Shown: positions 24,000-39,106, counted from the stretch's first letter. The stretch: DNA of 64,000 bases from Octopus vulgaris (GCA_951406725.2 OX597843.1:16492001-16556000), one strand, 5' to 3'. The notes: generated by a model not told the origin, from the sequence alone. Program-made: numbers and translations.

Positions 24000-26130
24000 T
24001 TTGATAATCCCGTCAGTATAGTATTTCTAGTTATCTGTTAATTCTCTTATTATTGTATTTATTGATGCCTGATGATCTTGTTATCACTGTGCTTCACTGA
24101 CCATAAGATTATCCGTGTATGATAATCTTATCCCTCAGCGTTAGATAATCCTGTTATTATTATGTTTGTTGGTCCCTGATAATCTTATTATCATTGCATC
24201 TCATATGTCTGATAATCCTGCTTTTATTCTATATTTTGGCCTTTGACGATCCTATTATCACTGTTTGATAATCCTCTCATCACTATGTATTTTGAGGTTT
24301 TAGGATTCTGTTCTGACTGCCCTTCAATGTCTGATAATACAGTGACCTCTGTGTCGGGTCTCTGATGTTTGATAATCCTGATTTCACTGGTGTCTCAATG
24401 TCTGATCATCCTGTTATCACAAATTGCTTTATTGTTTGATGATTTTTTTATCACTGTGTTTCTTATGTTTGATGATTTTTTTATCAGTGTTTTTTATGTT
24501 TGATGATTTTTTTATCACTGTGTTTCTTATGCTTGATGATTTTTTTTTATCGCTGTGTTTCTTATGTTTGATGATTTTTTTATCACTGTGTTATGTTTGA
24601 TGATTTTTTTATCACTGTGTTTCTTATGTTTGATGATTTTTTTTTATCACTGTGTTTCTTATGTTTGTTGATTTTTTTTATCACTGTGTTTCTTATGTTT
24701 GATGATTTTTTTATCACTGTGTTTCTTATGTTTGATAACCCTGTTATCAGTGGATTTTAACGTTTGATGAGGCTGTTCTCAATAGTCTTTCCCTCAATGT
24801 TTGATGATTCTATTATCACTGCATGTTTTACATCTGATAATCCTGTTATTAGTATATGTCACAGTGTTTGACAATCCTGTTATCACTGTTTGATAATTCT
24901 GTTTGATAACCCTGTTATCAGTAGATTTTAATATTTGATGATGCTGTTATCACTGTTTCTCAACAGTGTGTCGCTCAGTGTTTGATGATTCTTTTATCAC
25001 TGCGTATCTTATGTCTGATAATTCTGTTATCACTGTCTCAATTGTTTAAATTATCCTGTGTGACTCGCAGTGTTTGATAATTGTAATTATTGTGTTTCCT
25101 ATGTTTGATAATTATGTTAACACCATGTCTCACAGAATTTGATAATCCTGTTATCAAACTATTTTTCAATAATCTCTCTATTTGTTGGTGTCTGATAATC
25201 CTGTTATCACTATTTCTCTTGTTTGATAATTCTGTCCCCTAATGTTTTGATAATACTGTTGTCACTATGCTTCTGACATCTAATTACCTTGATTTTATTT
25301 TTTATCTTAATGTTTGACAATCCTGTAATCAATGGATTACTGAATGTTTGATAATCCTATTAGTAATATATCTCTTGTGTTTGATAATCCTCTCTTTCAA
25401 TATTTGTTAATCCTGTTGTCACTATGTTTCTGATCTCCAGTAATCTTGATTTTACTGTTTATCCTGCTGTTCCACAATCTTACTATCAATGGATTATTGA
25501 ATATTTGATAATCCTATTAGTAATCTGTCTCTTGTGTTTGATAATCCTATCCTTCGATGATTGTTAATCCTGTTGTCACTATGTTTCTGATCTCCAGTAA
25601 TCTTGATTTTACTGTTTATCCTGCTGTTTCACAAGCTTACTATCAATGGATTACTGAATGTTTGATAATCCTATTAGTAATATATCTCTTGTATTTGATA
25701 ATCCTGTCCGTCGATGATTGTTAATCCTGTTGTCACTATGTTTCTGATCTCCAGTAATCTTGATTTTACTGTTTATCCTGCTGTTTCACAATCTTATCAA
25801 TGGATTACTGAATATTTGATAATCCTATTAGTAATCTGTCTCTTGTATTTGATAATCCTCTCTTTCAATGTTTGTTAATCCTGTTGTCACTATGTTTCTG
25901 ATCTCCAGTAATCTTGATTTTACAGTTTATCCTGCTGTTTCACAATCTTACTATCAATGGATTACTGTTTGATAATCCCATTAACAACACGTCTCAGGTG
26001 TCTCATGATCCTGTTATCACTTTTCCAAGTGTTTGCTAATCCTTCTGCCACTACATATTTTGGGTGTTTGACGATTCTGTCTTCACAGTTTTTCACTTTT
26101 TGGATAATCCAGTTATCACTGCTTGATAAC
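24000..26130. repeat. Degenerate ~31-33-bp satellite built on TGATAA-N5-TTATCA, with a 157-bp higher-order array
   Basis: Homogeneous ~33-mers at 24430-24750; gtcactatg recurs at 25261, 25418, 25575, 25732 and 25886. Confidence 0.85.
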
Positions 26131-26322
26131 CTCAGAACACAGCAGTGTATATATCTCTCTTTATATGACTCTTATATATTGCTTAACAATCCAGTACCTC
26201 ATGATACACGGTGTTGGTTTGTTGGCATTCTCATTATATAACTGTGTGTCTCGTCTCTCTCTGTATATATATATATAATACAGTGACCTCTATTTTTTTT
26301 CCTCTGTCTTCCCTTCTCCTTT

Positions 26323-26357
26323 GTTTCCGACGAAGAGCTCCGCTTGAAACGTTAAAC
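26323..26357 (+). ncRNA. Minimal hammerhead-like motif in a short TA-embedded repeat (26281-26460)
   Basis: GTTT-CCGACGA-A-GAGC-tcc-GCTT-GAAA-CG-TT-AAAC. Confidence 0.55.
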
Positions 26358-27371
26358 CCTCCTTCTTTCCTTCTTTCCTGAGCATCCAATAATACTTTAT
26401 TTGTTCCACGTCCTCGCGTTGCTGTGTTTTTTTTGTGTTTTCTTGTTTGGATTAACTTTATATATATATATATATATAAGTTCAGCAAAAATTTAGATTC
26501 AAATGAATATGGTACTTAATTTAGATGCACCAGAATTCTGTATGGTGTTATCCATAAAAATCCGTGGGGTTATTATAATCAAAATAAGCAACAAGAATGA
26601 CTCTGGTAATTTGGTACGACAGTTTCATACGTTTCATACTACATCATTTTATTAAATGTTGTAAGTATTACACCAATTTTAAAATGCTGAGTACTCCTCA
26701 GTTGCTTATTTTGAATATATATATATATATGTATGTATGTCTTTATCTGTAATAATCCTCTTATGGCTGTTAGTGTCCTATTCCGGCTCCATTCATTTAC
26801 GACCTTTTTGGAGATTCATATGGTGATTTCTTCAATTACATCTCATGCGTTAACGAGCTCATTATAAATGGCTGGCCATCATTGATGTTCCCCTTAAGGA
26901 TATTGACTAGGCTGCTCTTGTTTTTCCTTTGTCTCACATTTCATATATACACCTGTGTATGTATGTATGTATGTTATATATATATGTATATAGTTGGTCT
27001 GTTTTATAATCCTATGTGTTTGATAACCAAGCACATATATATACATATATACACATACACTTTTTCAGTTTTATAATTTAGCCTTGTTGTCGCTCTTTAA
27101 TTTCTTTCCTGTTTGTTTTCCTGTGAAGAAGAATTCTGTCCAATGCCTTCGATTTTCTACTCTCCACACCAAGTTTTCTCTGGACTTTTTATCAATTTTA
27201 TCAAATAATGCACGTCTTGCTGAAGTAGACCAATACCCAGTCTCTTTGATTCCTGTTTGATCATGTATGTATGTATGTATGTATATATGTATGTATGTAT
27301 GTATGTATATATATGTATGTATGTGTGTGTGTGTATGTGTGTGTATGTATGTATGTATTAAGTTTTATGAT

Positions 27372-27407
<36 letters not shown>

Positions 27408-27542
27408 TGTATGTATGTATATATATATGTATGTATGTATGTATGTATTAAGTTTTATGATTATATATGTATATATATGTATGTATGTATATATATATGT
27501 ATGTATGTATGTATGTATTATATTTATATGTATGTATGTATG

Positions 27543-27577
<35 letters not shown>

Positions 27578-27588
27578 TAAGTTTTATG

Positions 27589-27633
<45 letters not shown>

Positions 27634-28304
27634 GTATGAAGTTTTATGATTATATATGTATGTATGTATATATATATATGTATGTATATCTTTAATTTCG
27701 TTATTTGGCACTACGTTTATGTGTGTTTTTATGAACTTGAACCATTGTTATGTGTGTTCATGTGTGGATATCGAGCTGTTGAGTTGGTCGATGCAGTTAT
27801 AGGCTTTTGTTCCTCTCGGGGACCAGTTGTGGCTGATGGTGTGGCCCCTAAATGGCACTGTGCCGTTTTAAGCAGTCGCACAATAAGAAATAACAAAAGG
27901 AATGAACACAACAATGAAGGGCTCTGTAAATGAGCAGATGTCTTCAGCTTCCTGCTGTATCTCTGCTGCAGCTCAACTGTACTTCCACTGCATCTCTACT
28001 GCTCGCCATTATTCACTGGAACAAGAAAGAGAATGCAAAATAATAATAATAATAAGAAGAAGAAGAACAACAACAACAACAACAACAAAAATAATAATAA
28101 TGGTTTCCAATTTTGGCACAAAGCCAGCAATTTTTGTGGGGAGGGCATAAGTTGGTAACATTGACCCCTGTGCCCAACTTTTCGACCCCAAAAACATGAA
28201 AGGTAAAGTTAATATACGTGTGTGTGTGTGTATATATATACATATATATATATATATACGCATTTTTTTCTCTCCTTGTTTCTCTCCTTGTTTTTTTCTG
28301 TGTA

Positions 28305-28342
28305 TCTTTCTGTCGAAGAGCATAGGCTCGAAATGTAAAAGA
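28305..28342 (+). ncRNA. Minimal hammerhead-like motif (variant core) in repeat 28260-28440
   Basis: TCTTT-CTGTCGA-A-GAGC-atag-GCTC-GAAA-TG-TA-AAAGA. Confidence 0.45.
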
Positions 28343-28562
28343 CTTGTTCTATTTCTATTCCTGAGCGCTATACTAATACATTTGTTTGTTTGTACTCCAC
28401 CTGCTTTCGTCTTTTGTTTATTTTCGTAAAGCTTCCCATTATATATGTACATATGTGTGTGTGTTTATATATATGTTTATATATATATATATGTGACCTC
28501 GTCTATATCACTAGCGATTTTTTTCCCCTGTCTTCCCTTCTCGGGATCTTTCCTTCTCCTAT

Positions 28563-28597
28563 GTTTCCGACAAAGAGCTCTGCTCGAAACGTCAAAC
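28563..28597 (+). ncRNA. Minimal hammerhead-like motif in repeat 28493-28702
   Basis: GTTT-CCGACAA-A-GAGC-tct-GCTC-GAAA-CG-TC-AAAC; same family as 26281-26460. Confidence 0.5.
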
Positions 28598-28718
28598 CCT
28601 CCTTCTTCCCTTCTTTCCTGAGCGTCCAATAATACTTTATTTGTTCCACATCCTTGCATTGTTGTTTTTTTGTTTTTTTGTTTTCTTGTTTGGATTAACT
28701 TTATGTATTTATATATAT

Positions 28719-28780
<62 letters not shown>

Positions 28781-29312
28781 ATGTTTTTATATATATATAT
28801 ATATATATATGTTCATATATATATATATATGTTTTTATATATATATATATATATGTTCATATATATATGTATGTATGTATGTATATAAATACAATTCAAT
28901 CTGTTTAAGTTTTAATGCAGAATGTAAGCATTAACATTTCCCTTCTCTCTCTCTCTCTCTCTTTCTCTCTCTCACCCCCCTCCCCTCCACCACCGGTTGC
29001 TCCCTTCATCTTAATCTGAGATTTCATGGTTTACATTCTAAAAGCTAATCAATAGAACTCGTGACCCACAGGTCTGTCAGCTTTTTCATTCTAAAACCTT
29101 ATTCACATGCTGCGTTACTTATGGGACACCGCGCGCTTTTGTGTGTGTGTGTGTATGTGTATGTGACTACACATGTGTATATAGTATATATATATGTATG
29201 TAAGTGTGTACGTATAAGTAAACTGTGTGTGTGTGTGTTGCAATGTATTGTCTGTGCACACATGTGCACTAATAAAACCAACATACTTATGATCTTCCCT
29301 CCCACACACTCA

Positions 29313-29358
29313 ACCACCGCCAGCACCACCACCAACAACTGCCACCACCATTCCCCTC

Positions 29359-29390
<32 letters not shown>

Positions 29391-30657
29391 CAACAACAAC
29401 TGCCACCACCGTCCCCCTCACCACCACCACCAACAACAACTGCCACCACCGTCCTCCCCTCACCACCAACAACAACAACAACAGCCACCACCATCCTCCT
29501 CACCACCACCACCAACAACAACAGCCACCACCATCCCCCTCACCACCAACAACAACAACAACTGCCACCACCGTCCCCCTCACCACCACCACCAACAACA
29601 ACTGCCACCACTGTCCCCCCTCACCACCACCAACAACAACAACTGCCACCACTGTCCCCCCTCACCACCACCAACAACAACTGCCACCACCATTCCCCTC
29701 ACCACCACCACCACCACCAACAGCAACAACAACAACAACTGCCACCATCGTCCCCCCCTCACCACCACCAACAACAACAACTGCCACCACCGTCCCCTCT
29801 CACCACCACCACCAACAACAACAACAGCCATCACCATCCCCCTCACCACCAACAACAACAACAACTGCCACCACTGTCCCCCTCACCACCACCAACAACA
29901 ACTGCCACCACCATTCCCCTCACCACCACCACCACCACCAACAGCAACAACAACTGCCACCATCGTCCCCCCCTCACCACCACCAACAACAACAACTGCC
30001 ACCACCGTCCCCTCTCACCACCACCACCAACAACAACAACAGCCACCACCATCCCCCTCACCACCAACAACAACAACAACTGCCACCACCGTCCCCCCAC
30101 CACCACCAACAACAACAACAACTGCCACCACCGTCCCCCCTCACCACCAACAACAACAACAACTGCCACCACCGTCCCCCCTCACCCCCACCAACAACAA
30201 CAACTGCCACCACCGTCCCCTCTCACCACCACCACCACCACCAACAACAACAACTGCCACCACCGTCCGCCCTCACCACCACCACCCTCCCTCACCACCA
30301 CCACCACCAACAACAACAGCAACTGCCACCACCGTCCCCCCTCACCACCACCACCAGCACCACCACCATAATTGTCATCATCACTACCATCACAATCGTG
30401 GTTATCGTCATCAGATATTATTTTCCGTTTCCAGTTGATTAAAGACATAATTGTTATCTCAAACGAGAAATCCATTAGAGACTACCACAACAGCAGCAGC
30501 AATAAACAACCACAACAACCACAACAATAACTACATTGGTCCCATTCTTTTTATCCTTTGTCTATCTTTAACAGCAATAAACTCGTCTGCCTGTCTGTCT
30601 ATTACTCTTGTTAACTGTCTATCTATCTATCTATCTATCTATCTCTCTATCTGTCTG

Positions 30658-30711
<54 letters not shown>

Positions 30712-30857
30712 CATCCATCCATCCATCCATCCATCCATCCATCTCTCTATCTGTCTATCTATCTATCTATCTATCCATCCATCCATCCATCCATCTCTCT
30801 GTCTGTCTGTCTGTCTATCTATCTATCCATCCATCCATCCATCCATCTCTCTGTCTG

Positions 30858-30891
<34 letters not shown>

Positions 30892-30965
30892 CATCCATCC
30901 ATCCATCCATCCATCCATCCATCCATCCATCCATCCATCCATCCATCCATCCATCCATCCATCTC

Positions 30966-30997
<32 letters not shown>

Positions 30998-31021
30998 TCT
31001 ATCCATCCATCCATCCATCTC

Positions 31022-31055
<34 letters not shown>

Positions 31056-31133
31056 CATCCATCCATCCATCCATCTCTCTGTCTGTCTGTCTATCTATCT
31101 ATCTATCCATCCATCCATCCATCCATCCATCTC

Positions 31134-31167
<34 letters not shown>

Positions 31168-31480
31168 CATCCATCCATCCATCCATCCATCCATCCATCC
31201 ATCCATCTCTCTGTCTGTCTATCTATCTATCTATCTATCCATTCTATCTCTCTGTCTGTCTTTGTATCTACTGATCCATCTCTCTCTCTCTCTCTATCTT
31301 TCTATCGACTAATCCATCTCTCCCTGCATTTCTCTCTATCTATCTGTCTGTCAGTCTTTGTATCTATCTCTCTATCTGTTTATTTATCCATCTATCTATC
31401 TGTCTGTCTGTCTGCCTGATTATCTATCTGTCTGTCTGTATATCTGTCTGTCTGTCTGTCTGTATATCTATCTGTATGTC
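29313..31480. repeat. (CAC/CAA)n minisatellite (29313-30370) and (TCTA/TCCA/TCTG)n tract (30615-31480)
   Basis: Directly visible. Confidence 0.9.
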
Positions 31481-34327
31481 TGTGGCACCAGCACAGGTGC
31501 ATTTTATGTGGCACCAGTACAGGTGCTTTTTATGTGGCACCAGCACAGGTGCATTTTATGTGGCACCAGTACAGGTGCATTTTATGTGGCACCAGCACAG
31601 GTGCTTTTTATGTGGCACCTGCACAGGTGCATTTTATGTGGCACCAGTACAGGTGCATTTTATGTGGCACCAGTACAGGTGCATTTTATGTGGCACCAGC
31701 ACAGGTGCTTTTTATGTGGCACCTGCACAGGTGCATTTCATGTGGCACCAGCACAGGTGCATTTTATGTGGCACCAGCACAGGTGCATTTTATGTGGCAC
31801 CAGTACAGGTGCATTTTATGTGGAACCAGTACAGGTGCTTTTTATGTGGCACCTGCACAGGTGCATTTTATGTGGCACCAGTACAGGTGCATTTTATGTG
31901 GCACCTGCACAGGTGCATTTTATGTGGCACCAGTACAGGTGCATTTCATGTGGCACCAGCACAGGTGCATTTTATGTGGCACCAGCACAGGTGCATTTTA
32001 TGTGGCACCAGTACAGGTGCATTTTATGTGGCACCAGTACAGGTGCTTTTTATGTGGCACCTGCACAGGTGCATTTTATGTGGCACCAGTACAGGTGCAT
32101 TTTATGTGGCACCAGTACAGGTGCTTTTTATGTGGCACCTGCACAGGTGCATTTTATGTGGCACCAGTACAGGTGCATTTTATGTGGCACCAGCACAGGT
32201 GCTTTTTATGTGGCACCAGCACAGGTGCTTTTTATGTGGCACCTGCATAGGTGCATTTCATGTGGCACCAGCACAGGTGCATTTTATGTGGCACCAGCAC
32301 AGGTGCATTTTATGTGGCACCAGTACAGGTGCATTTTATGTGGAACCAGTACAGGTGCTTTTTATGTGGCACCTGCACAGGTGCATTTTATGTGGCACCA
32401 GTACAGGTGCTTTTTATGTGGCACCTGCACAGGTGCATTTTATGTGGCACCTGCACAGGTGCATTTCATGTGGCACCAGCACAGGTGCATTTTATGTGGC
32501 ACCAGCACAGGTGCATTTTATGTGGCACCAGTACAGGTGCATTTTATGTGGCACCAGTACAGGTGCTTTTTATGTGGCACCTGCACAGGTGCATTTTATG
32601 TGGCACCAGTACAGGTGCATTTTATGTGGCACCAGTACAGGTGCTTTTTATGTGGCACCTGCACAGGTGCATTTTATGTGGCACCAGTACAGGTGCATTT
32701 TATGTGGCACCAGAACAGGTGCTTTTTATGTGGCACCTGCACAGGTGCATTTTATGTGGCACCAGTACAGGTGCATTTTATGTGGCACCAGTACAGGTGC
32801 ATTTTATGTGGCACCAGCACAGGTGCATTTTATGTGGCACCAGCACAGGTGCATTTTATGTGGCACCAGCACAGGTGCATTTTATGTGGCACCAGCACAG
32901 GTGCATTTTATGTGGCACCAGTACAGGTGCATTTTATGTGGCACCAGTACAGGTGCTTTTTATGTGGCACCTGCACAGGTGCATTTTATGTGGCACCAGT
33001 ACAGGTGCATTTTATGTGGCACCAGTACAGGTGCTTTTTATGTGGCACCTGCACAGGTGCATTTTATGTAGCACCAGTACAGGTGCATTTTATGTGGCAC
33101 CAGTACAGGTGCTTTTTATGTGGCACCTGCACAGGTGCATTTTATGTGGCACCAGCACAGGTGCTTTTTATGTGGCACCTGCACAGGTGCATTTTATGTG
33201 GCACCAGTACAGGTGCATTTTTATGTGGCACCAGTACAGGTGCATTTTATGTGGCACCAGTACAGGTGCATTTTATGTGGCACCAGCACAGGTGCATTTT
33301 ATGTGGCACCAGTACATGTGCATTTTATGTGGCACCAGCACAGGTGAATTTTATGTGGCACCAGTACAGGTGAATTTTATGTGGCACCAGTACAGGTGCA
33401 TTTTATGTGGCACCAGCACAGGTGCATTTTATGTGGCACCAGTACAGGTGCATTTTATGTGGCACCAGTACAGGTGCTTTTTGTGTGGCACCAGCACAGG
33501 TGCATTTTATGTGGCACCAGCACAGGTGCATTTTATGTGGCACCAGTACAGGTGCATTTTATGTGGCACCAGTACAGGTGCATTTTATGTGGCACCAGCA
33601 CAGGTGCATTTTATGTGGCACCAGTACAGGTGCTTTTTATGTGGCACCAGCACAGGTGCATTTTATGTGGCACCAGTACAGGTGCTTTTTATGTGGCACC
33701 TGCACAGGTGCATTTTATGTGGCACCAGTACAGGTGCATTTTATGTGGCACCAGCACAGGTGCATTTTATGTGGCACCAGTACAGGTGCTTTTTATGTGG
33801 CACCAGCACAGGTGCATTTTATGTGGCACCAGTACAGGTGCATTTTATGTGGCACCAGTACAGGTGCATTTTATGTGGCACCAGTACAGGTGCATTTTAT
33901 GTGGCACCAGCACAGGTGCATTTTATGTGGCACCAGTACAGGTGCTTTTTATGTGGCACCAGCACAGGTGCATTTTATGTGGCACCAGTACAGGTGCTTT
34001 TTATGTGGCACCAGCACAGGTGCATTTTATGTGGCACCAGTACAGGTGCTTTTTATGTGGCACAAGCACAGGTGCATTTCATGTGGCACAAGCACTGGTG
34101 CATTTCATGTGGCACCAGCACAGGTGCATTTCATGTGGCACAAGCACAGGTGCATTTTACGTGGCACCTGCACAGGTGTATTTTATGTGGCACCAGCACA
34201 GGTGCATTTTATGTGGCACCAGTACAGGTGCTTTTTGTGTGGCACCAGCACAGGTGCATTTTATGTGGCACCAGCACAGGTGCATTTTACGTGGCACCTG
34301 CACAGGTGTATTTTACCTGGCACCAGC
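31481..34327. repeat. 26-bp satellite, about 109 copies (tgtggcaccagYacaggtgcWtttta)
   Basis: Continuous tandem array without spacers; unit resembles ggtgctttttatgtgccaccggcacaggtgc of family A (257-287). Confidence 0.95.
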
Positions 34328-34989
34328 GATCTTGCTGAGTGATGCTAAGGCGCTCTTGGAGTTTCTGATCATTTTACAAACGACATTCACCCAATCCAGA
34401 TCATTCACTGTCTTTGTCATCCTTTTACTCTTTCATTACCATATTTCTGTTGTAATAATACACTGCCATGTTGGTGTGTTTATGTCCCTGTGACTTAGCG
34501 GTTCGACAAAAGAGACTGATAGCATAAGTACTTTGCTTACAAAGAATAAATCCCATGGCCGCAGTTAAATGACTGAAACAAATGAAAGAATGAAAGAATT
34601 CTTCAGCTGGGATGTGGAACATAAATTAACATAAAATTTTAATTGAAAGTACCAGTTACGCACTGGGGTCGATGTAATCGACTTAATCCCTTTGTCTGTC
34701 CTTGTTTGTCCCGTCTGTGTAGTAAAGAAATAGGTATTTCGTCTGCCGCTACGTTGTGAGTTCAAATTCCGCCGAGGCCGACTTAATACCTATGTCTGTC
34801 CTTGTTTGTCCCCTCTGTGTTTAGCCCCTTGTGGGTAATAACGAAATAGGTATTGTGGAGGGAATGAGTAAGTCCTGGGTTTTTCTGCCCAAAACGTTTT
34901 GTGGTGCACTTGTTTGCAGCTAGCTTGTGTTGCCAGTCTGCAGTTCATTGCTGCATTGTGTTCAGGTCAGATTGTGCAAGTAAGAATTG

Positions 34990-35027
<38 letters not shown>

Positions 35028-35176
35028 TATTTATAAATATCTATCTATATAAATATGTATATATATATATATGGATAGGCACACATGTGTGTATGTTTAT
35101 GTGTGCCTATGTACATATGCATATGTGTGTATGTGCATGTGTGTGTTTTATATGTATGTATATATATATATATATA

Positions 35177-35226
<50 letters not shown>

Positions 35227-35353
35227 TGCTCATACATAGACATGCCTATATACATGTGCACATAAATATATGTGTGTGTGTGTGCATATATATATACACA
35301 CACACACATCTATATATATATATATATGTACACATGCATATATGTATACATAC

Positions 35354-35398
<45 letters not shown>

Positions 35399-35434
35399 TA
35401 TATATATGTATACATACACACACATATAGGTGTA

Positions 35435-35483
<49 letters not shown>

Positions 35484-35513
35484 ATATATATATAAATGTA
35501 GATGTATATGTAG

Positions 35514-35556
<43 letters not shown>

Positions 35557-35604
35557 TATAAACATCCATTTATTCATGTATATATTTGTGTGAGTATATG
35601 TGCA

Positions 35605-35641
<37 letters not shown>

Positions 35642-36151
35642 GCACACTCACATACATTTGTGTTTGTTTATATATGCATACACACATACATTTGTGTGTA
35701 TGTGTGTGTTTGGAAATATATATACACACACACATGCCTGCACACACACATTTGTGTGTCCATATGCATATACAGACAACAGATAAAAATCAAGTAACTG
35801 CCACGGTTCCCCTTGTATCGATGGGGGGAGCACCCCTCACTTCACCTGCGCCGCACCAACTTTATTCCCGCCACGCCCTCAGCCTTTTGGTGGCCGTCGT
35901 CCTCCCTCCCTCCCCGACCGATAATGACTCCCTACCAGCACCCCCCCACTTCTACCACCACCACCACCACCCCTGAAATCAATTTTGCTTTATCAATTGC
36001 GCCACTGGAAACAACCACCACCACCGCCACCACCATCACCACCGCCACCACCATCAATATTACTACTATGGAGGCCAGCATCCTTCAGCCCTGCTGACAA
36101 CCTGACCGAGACACACCCACTCATTAAGCTGTCTTCTTGTATGCTTGGCTC

Positions 36152-36199
<48 letters not shown>

Positions 36200-36566
36200 T
36201 TGTATGCTTGGCTCTTTGTGTGTGCGTATGTCTGTGTATCTGCATCTCTTTGTGTGTGTGTGTGTGTGTGAGTGTGTGTGTCTGCATCTCTTTGTGTGTG
36301 TGAGTGTATGTGATTGTGTGTGTGTGTGCGTGTGTGTGAGTGTGTGTGTGTGTGAGTGTGTGTGTGAGTGTGTGTGTGAGTGTGTATGTGAGTGTGTGTG
36401 TGTGAGTGTGTGTGTGAGTGTGTGTGTGTGAGTGTGTGTATGAGTGTGTGTGTGTGTGAGTGTGTGAGTGTGTCTGTGTGTGTGAGTGTGTGTGTGAGTG
36501 TGTGTGTATGTGAGTGTGTGTTTGAGTATGTGTGTGTGTCTTGTATGATTGGCTCTTTGTGTGTGA

Positions 36567-36628
<62 letters not shown>

Positions 36629-37149
36629 TTTGGACTGTCAATCTTCATATCAACACCAAATCTCTCTCTCACTCTCTCTGTTTGTCTCTCTCTCTCTCCC
36701 TGTTTGTCTCTCACTCTTTCTCACTGCATCTTTGTTTGTCCTCCTCTCAATGTTTCTCTCTCTTACTCTCTATTCTGTCAATCTGTACATCTGTCTCACT
36801 CTTTGTCTATCTACCTCTCTTTCTCTTTGTATACACACACAAGCACCCCCACACACACTTTCATGCACACAAACACACACAAATCTATATTTTTGTCTCT
36901 ATACCTATCTTTCTATTGGTCTATCCATCTATCTATTATTCTTTTTACCTGTCTGTATGTCACTCTCTCTGTCTGTCTCTGTTTCTCTTTCTCTCTCTCT
37001 CTCTCCTTATATATATATATATATATCTGTTTATTTAGCTATTTGTTTGCCTTACTATGTATTTATGTATGCATGTATGTATGTATCTATCTATCTATCT
37101 GTCTACCTACCTACCTACCTACCTACCTACCTATCTATCTATCAATCTC

Positions 37150-37188
<39 letters not shown>

Positions 37189-37191
37189 CTT

Positions 37192-37238
<47 letters not shown>

Positions 37239-37247
37239 GTCTATCAA

Positions 37248-37286
<39 letters not shown>

Positions 37287-37341
37287 GTCTATCAATCTCT
37301 CTCTCTCTGTCTGTCTGCCTGCCTGTCTGTCTGTCTTTCTG

Positions 37342-37376
<35 letters not shown>

Positions 37377-37442
37377 GTCTGTCTATCAATCTCTTTCTCT
37401 CTCTCTCTCTCTATCTATCTATCTATTTATCTGTCTGTCTAT

Positions 37443-37474
<32 letters not shown>

Positions 37475-37536
37475 ATCTGTCTGTCTGTCTGTCTGTCTGC
37501 CCGCGTGCCTGCCTGCCTGTCTGTCTATCTATCTAC

Positions 37537-37646
<110 letters not shown>

Positions 37647-37655
37647 GTCTATCAA

Positions 37656-37706
<51 letters not shown>

Positions 37707-37780
37707 TTATCTGTCTGTCTATCTATCTATCTATATCTGTCTGTCTGTCTGTCTGTCTGTCTGCCCGCGTGCCTGCCTGC

Positions 37781-37815
<35 letters not shown>

Positions 37816-39106
37816 TCTGTCTATCTATCTATCTATCTATGTATCTAACCATCTATCCATCCGTCTGTCTGTCTGCCTATCTATCCATCTGATTGTTTAT
37901 CTATCTGTATATTTGTCTGTCAGTCTCTCTGCCTGTCTATCCATCCATCTATTCATCTGTTGCCTCTCTCTCTCTCCCCACCACCCATCCACTTACGTAC
38001 CCCCCCACTACCACCCCATCTGTCTGTGTGTCCTCCTGTCCATCCATCCGTCCATTTATTTGTATCAGTTCAGTCAATTCTTCTGCGGAACTTTGTCTTC
38101 TGTTTAACATAGAGTTCAGATATTGACCAGGGAACCAGGGTCAATACTCTACTCTCTAAACCACAAATAGCTGCCTTCTTAAGGCTTCTACTAACCCTTG
38201 CTGCTTCTTCTTCTTCTTCTTCTTCTTGCTGTAAATCTTCTTCTTCTAATTCTTCTTTTTCTTCTTGTTTGTTTTTTGTTGATCTTGTTGCTGTTGTTGT
38301 CTTCCACCTCTTCTTCTTTTTCTTGCTGTTATTGTTCTTGTTGCTATTAATGTTCTTCTTCTTCTTCTTCTTCCAATTCTTTCTTCCAATTCTTCTTCTT
38401 CTACCTTCTCTTTTCTCCATCTTCTCTTCTCCTTCTACTCCTCTCCCTTCTCCTCTTCTTCATCTCTTCCTCCTCCCTTTCTTCTTCTTCTTCCTTCACC
38501 TCCTCTTCCTTCTCTTTTCTCCATCTTCTCTTCTCCTTCTTCTACTCCTCTCCCTTCTCCTCTTCTTCATCTCTTCCTCCTCCCTTTCTTCTTCTTCTTC
38601 CTTCACCTCCTCTTCCTTCTCTTTTCTCCATCTTCTCTTCTTCTTCTTCTACTCCTCTCCCTTCTCTTCTTCATCTCTTCCTCCTCCCTTTTTCTTCTTC
38701 TTCTTCTTCTAATCACTGTCATCATCATCACCAATGTCTTCTTTGTCATTCTCATCAATGTCATCAATGTCATCATCATCATCACCACCATCATCATTTA
38801 ACATCCATCCTCTCTGCTGGGCTGGGCTGGGTTGGGTTGGATGGTTTGACAGGGAACCAGCAACAAGCAGGTGTGCATCGAACACCCAATGTCTCATTCC
38901 TTGCATGGTTTCTATGGTTGGACCTCCTCCTTCTCAACGTCAACCAATTACAAATTGTACCGGGTCCTTCTTTTCCTTGTTTTCCTTGTTTTTTTTTTTT
39001 CCATGCCACCAGCACTTGTGGTGTCACCAAGTTGCTCGCATGACAAAAAAAAAATTGCTCCCTTGACCAACTTAAGTTGTTACAGAGAGGGACATTGTTT
39101 TTATGG

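Noticed and set aside
29061-31419. 436-aa Pro/His/Gln-rich and 322-aa SIYL-rich ORFs
   Set aside because: Translations of tri- and tetranucleotide repeats.
31358-34493. Long ORFs (up to 695 aa) and a CRISPR-like palindromic repeat
   Set aside because: Pure 26-bp tandem satellite: no unique spacers, no cas genes, and ORFs are open only because the unit lacks stops.
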